From Sedimentisphaerales bacterium (GTDB taxonomy: Bacteria; Planctomycetota; Phycisphaerae; Sedimentisphaerales; Anaerobacaceae), in the NCBI GenBank assembly GCA_963708075.1, contig OY970194.1:6752001-6816000 (forward strand): 64,000 nucleotides of DNA, given 5' to 3'. The notes beneath the pieces were generated by a model. The model was not told the DNA's origin. It made no database searches and saw nothing but the letters and a program-made list of their open reading frames with translations. The position numbers and the translations under genes were made by a program. How positions within the stretch are numbered: position 1 is the first letter of the stretch; each line of letters opens with the position of its first letter. Below are positions 62,419 to 64,000 of the stretch, in pieces.

Positions 62419-63825
62419 ATGAAGAAAGTGACGTTTGGTGTGATTGTCGGCAACCGCGGGTTCTTCCCGGACGTGCTGGCGAAAGAGGGCCGCAAGGACA
62501 TTCTCGACGTGCTCAAGAGGAACGGCTACGGGGCCGTCGCGCTGTCGACGACCGACACGAAGTACGGGGCCGTCGAGACCTTCGATGAGGCGAAGAAATG
62601 CGCGGAGCTGTTCGCGTCGAACGCGGGCCAGATCGACGGCATCATCGTGACGCTGCCGAACTTCGGCGACGAGCGGGGCATCGCCGAGACGATCAAGCGC
62701 AGCGGCCTGAGCGTGCCGATCCTCATCCAGGCCGAGGAGGACGTCGCGGGCCAGATGAAGATCGACCGGCGACGCGATTCTTTCTGCGGAAAAATCAGCG
62801 CCTGCAACAACCTGCGCCAGGCGGGCATCCCGTTCACGCTCACTCGCTCGCACACGGTAAAGGTCCAGTCGCCCGAGTTCAAGGCGGACCTGGACCGGTT
62901 CGCCGCCGTCTGCCGGATTATTCGCGGGCTCAAGAATGTCCGCTTCGGCGCGATCGGTTCGCGACCGGCAGCCTTTAACACTGTCCGCTACAGCGAAAAG
63001 ATTCTGGAGTTCGCAGGCATCGCCATCGAGCCGATCGATTTGTTTGAGGTACTCGGCAAGGTGGACCGGCTCGCCGATAACGATAGAGCCGTTAAAACGA
63101 AGCTCAACGCGATCAAGAAGTACACGATCACCGACTCGATTCCCGCCGATGGCCTGCTGAAGATGGCCAAGTTCGGCGCCGTCGTGGATGGATGGATCAA
63201 GAGCAATCATCTCGTCGGCACGGCAGTCCAGTGCTGGACGGCCCTGGAGGAGTACTTCGGCATCGTGCCCTGCACGTTAATGAGCATGATGAGCGAGTCG
63301 CTGCTGCCCAGCGCCTGCGAGGTCGATGTCACCGGCCTGCTCGCCATGTACATCCTGCAACTGGCCGGCGGCACGCCCAGCGCACTGCTCGACTGGAACA
63401 ACAACGTCGAGGGTGACCCGAACAAGTGCGTCCTGTTCCATTGCAGCAATCTGCCCAAGTCGTTCTTCCAGAGCGACCGGATGGATTATCAGGAGATCAT
63501 CGCCGGGTCGGTGGGCAAGGAGAACACGTACGGCACGATTGTCGGCCGGATCAAGGCCAGCCCCGCCACCTTCTGCCGCACGATGACGGACGACACGGAC
63601 GGCGTGCTTCGCGTCTATGTGGGCCAGGGCCAATTCACGGATGACGCGCTCGACACGTTCGGCGGCTACGGTGTCATGGAGATCGCGAATCTGCAGACGC
63701 TCCTGAGTTACATCTGCCGGATGGGCTTCGAGCATCACGTGGCCGTGAGCATGTCCGAGACGGCCGACGCCATCGCCGAGGCATTGGGCAATTATCTCGC
63801 GTGGGACGTGTACCATCATTCGTGA
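62419..63825 (+). CDS. L-fucose/L-arabinose isomerase family protein
   Basis: GNRGFFP, LPNFGDE, RRDSFCGKIS, QCW, ACEVD, FHCSN, GFEHH; operonic with araBD. Confidence 0.85.
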   Translation: MKKVTFGVIVGNRGFFPDVLAKEGRKDILDVLKRNGYGAVALSTTDTKYGAVETFDEAKKCAELFASNAGQIDGIIVTLPNFGDERGIAETIKRSGLSVPILIQAEEDVAGQMKIDRRRDSFCGKISACNNLRQAGIPFTLTRSHTVKVQSPEFKADLDRFAAVCRIIRGLKNVRFGAIGSRPAAFNTVRYSEKILEFAGIAIEPIDLFEVLGKVDRLADNDRAVKTKLNAIKKYTITDSIPADGLLKMAKFGAVVDGWIKSNHLVGTAVQCWTALEEYFGIVPCTLMSMMSESLLPSACEVDVTGLLAMYILQLAGGTPSALLDWNNNVEGDPNKCVLFHCSNLPKSFFQSDRMDYQEIIAGSVGKENTYGTIVGRIKASPATFCRTMTDDTDGVLRVYVGQGQFTDDALDTFGGYGVMEIANLQTLLSYICRMGFEHHVAVSMSETADAIAEALGNYLAWDVYHHS

Positions 63826-64000
63826 TTGCGGATTGATGATTGCGGATTGAGAACCTTGCCGCCCAGCCTGGCATCCGCAATGGAAGGCCTGTTCCCGCGA
63901 AGTATGCATGTGAAATATGGCTGACAGGATCCCAGAAGGATTAGCCGAACCACCCCGTGCTACGAGGGCGCCGTCGGTGCTGCTGTTCGTGGAAACGTCG

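Overview
This GC-rich window most likely comes from an anaerobic planctomycete (Phycisphaerae/Sedimentisphaerales-like). That is inferred from the DUF1559-type prepilin, the large LamG/PA14 paralogs, the sulfatase and the heptamer/REP repeats. (1) 1-17.2 kb: a minus-strand operon with a sigma-54 promoter. It joins three split glutamate-synthase-like subunits (GATase+GXGXG, and two FMN/Fe-S paralogs) to MetF/MetV, HdrC/HdrB/a giant GltD-fused HdrA and two MvhD. Upstream is a KaiC-like-GAF-AAA+ activator, and a gamma-glutamylcyclotransferase gene is transcribed divergently. (2) 18.6-25.7 kb: the remnant of a lower-GC island abutting a 5'-truncated comM/yifB. It holds two IS elements and a 918-aa metallophosphoesterase-X-GAF orphan. 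(3) 26.6-29.8 kb: housekeeping genes (NUDIX, YhcH, glyQS). (4) 30-64 kb: a glycan/L-arabinose region with GH97, a sulfatase, GH127, a prepilin followed by four giant secreted lectin-fold proteins, and galM-SSS-araB-araD-isomerase. It is interrupted by an HNH-AP2 gene with a perfect sigma-54 promoter, a RES gene and REP mosaics. Several single-base frameshifts, including two in the normally essential glyQS, are probably sequencing errors. All calls come from reading motifs by eye; no database search was run.
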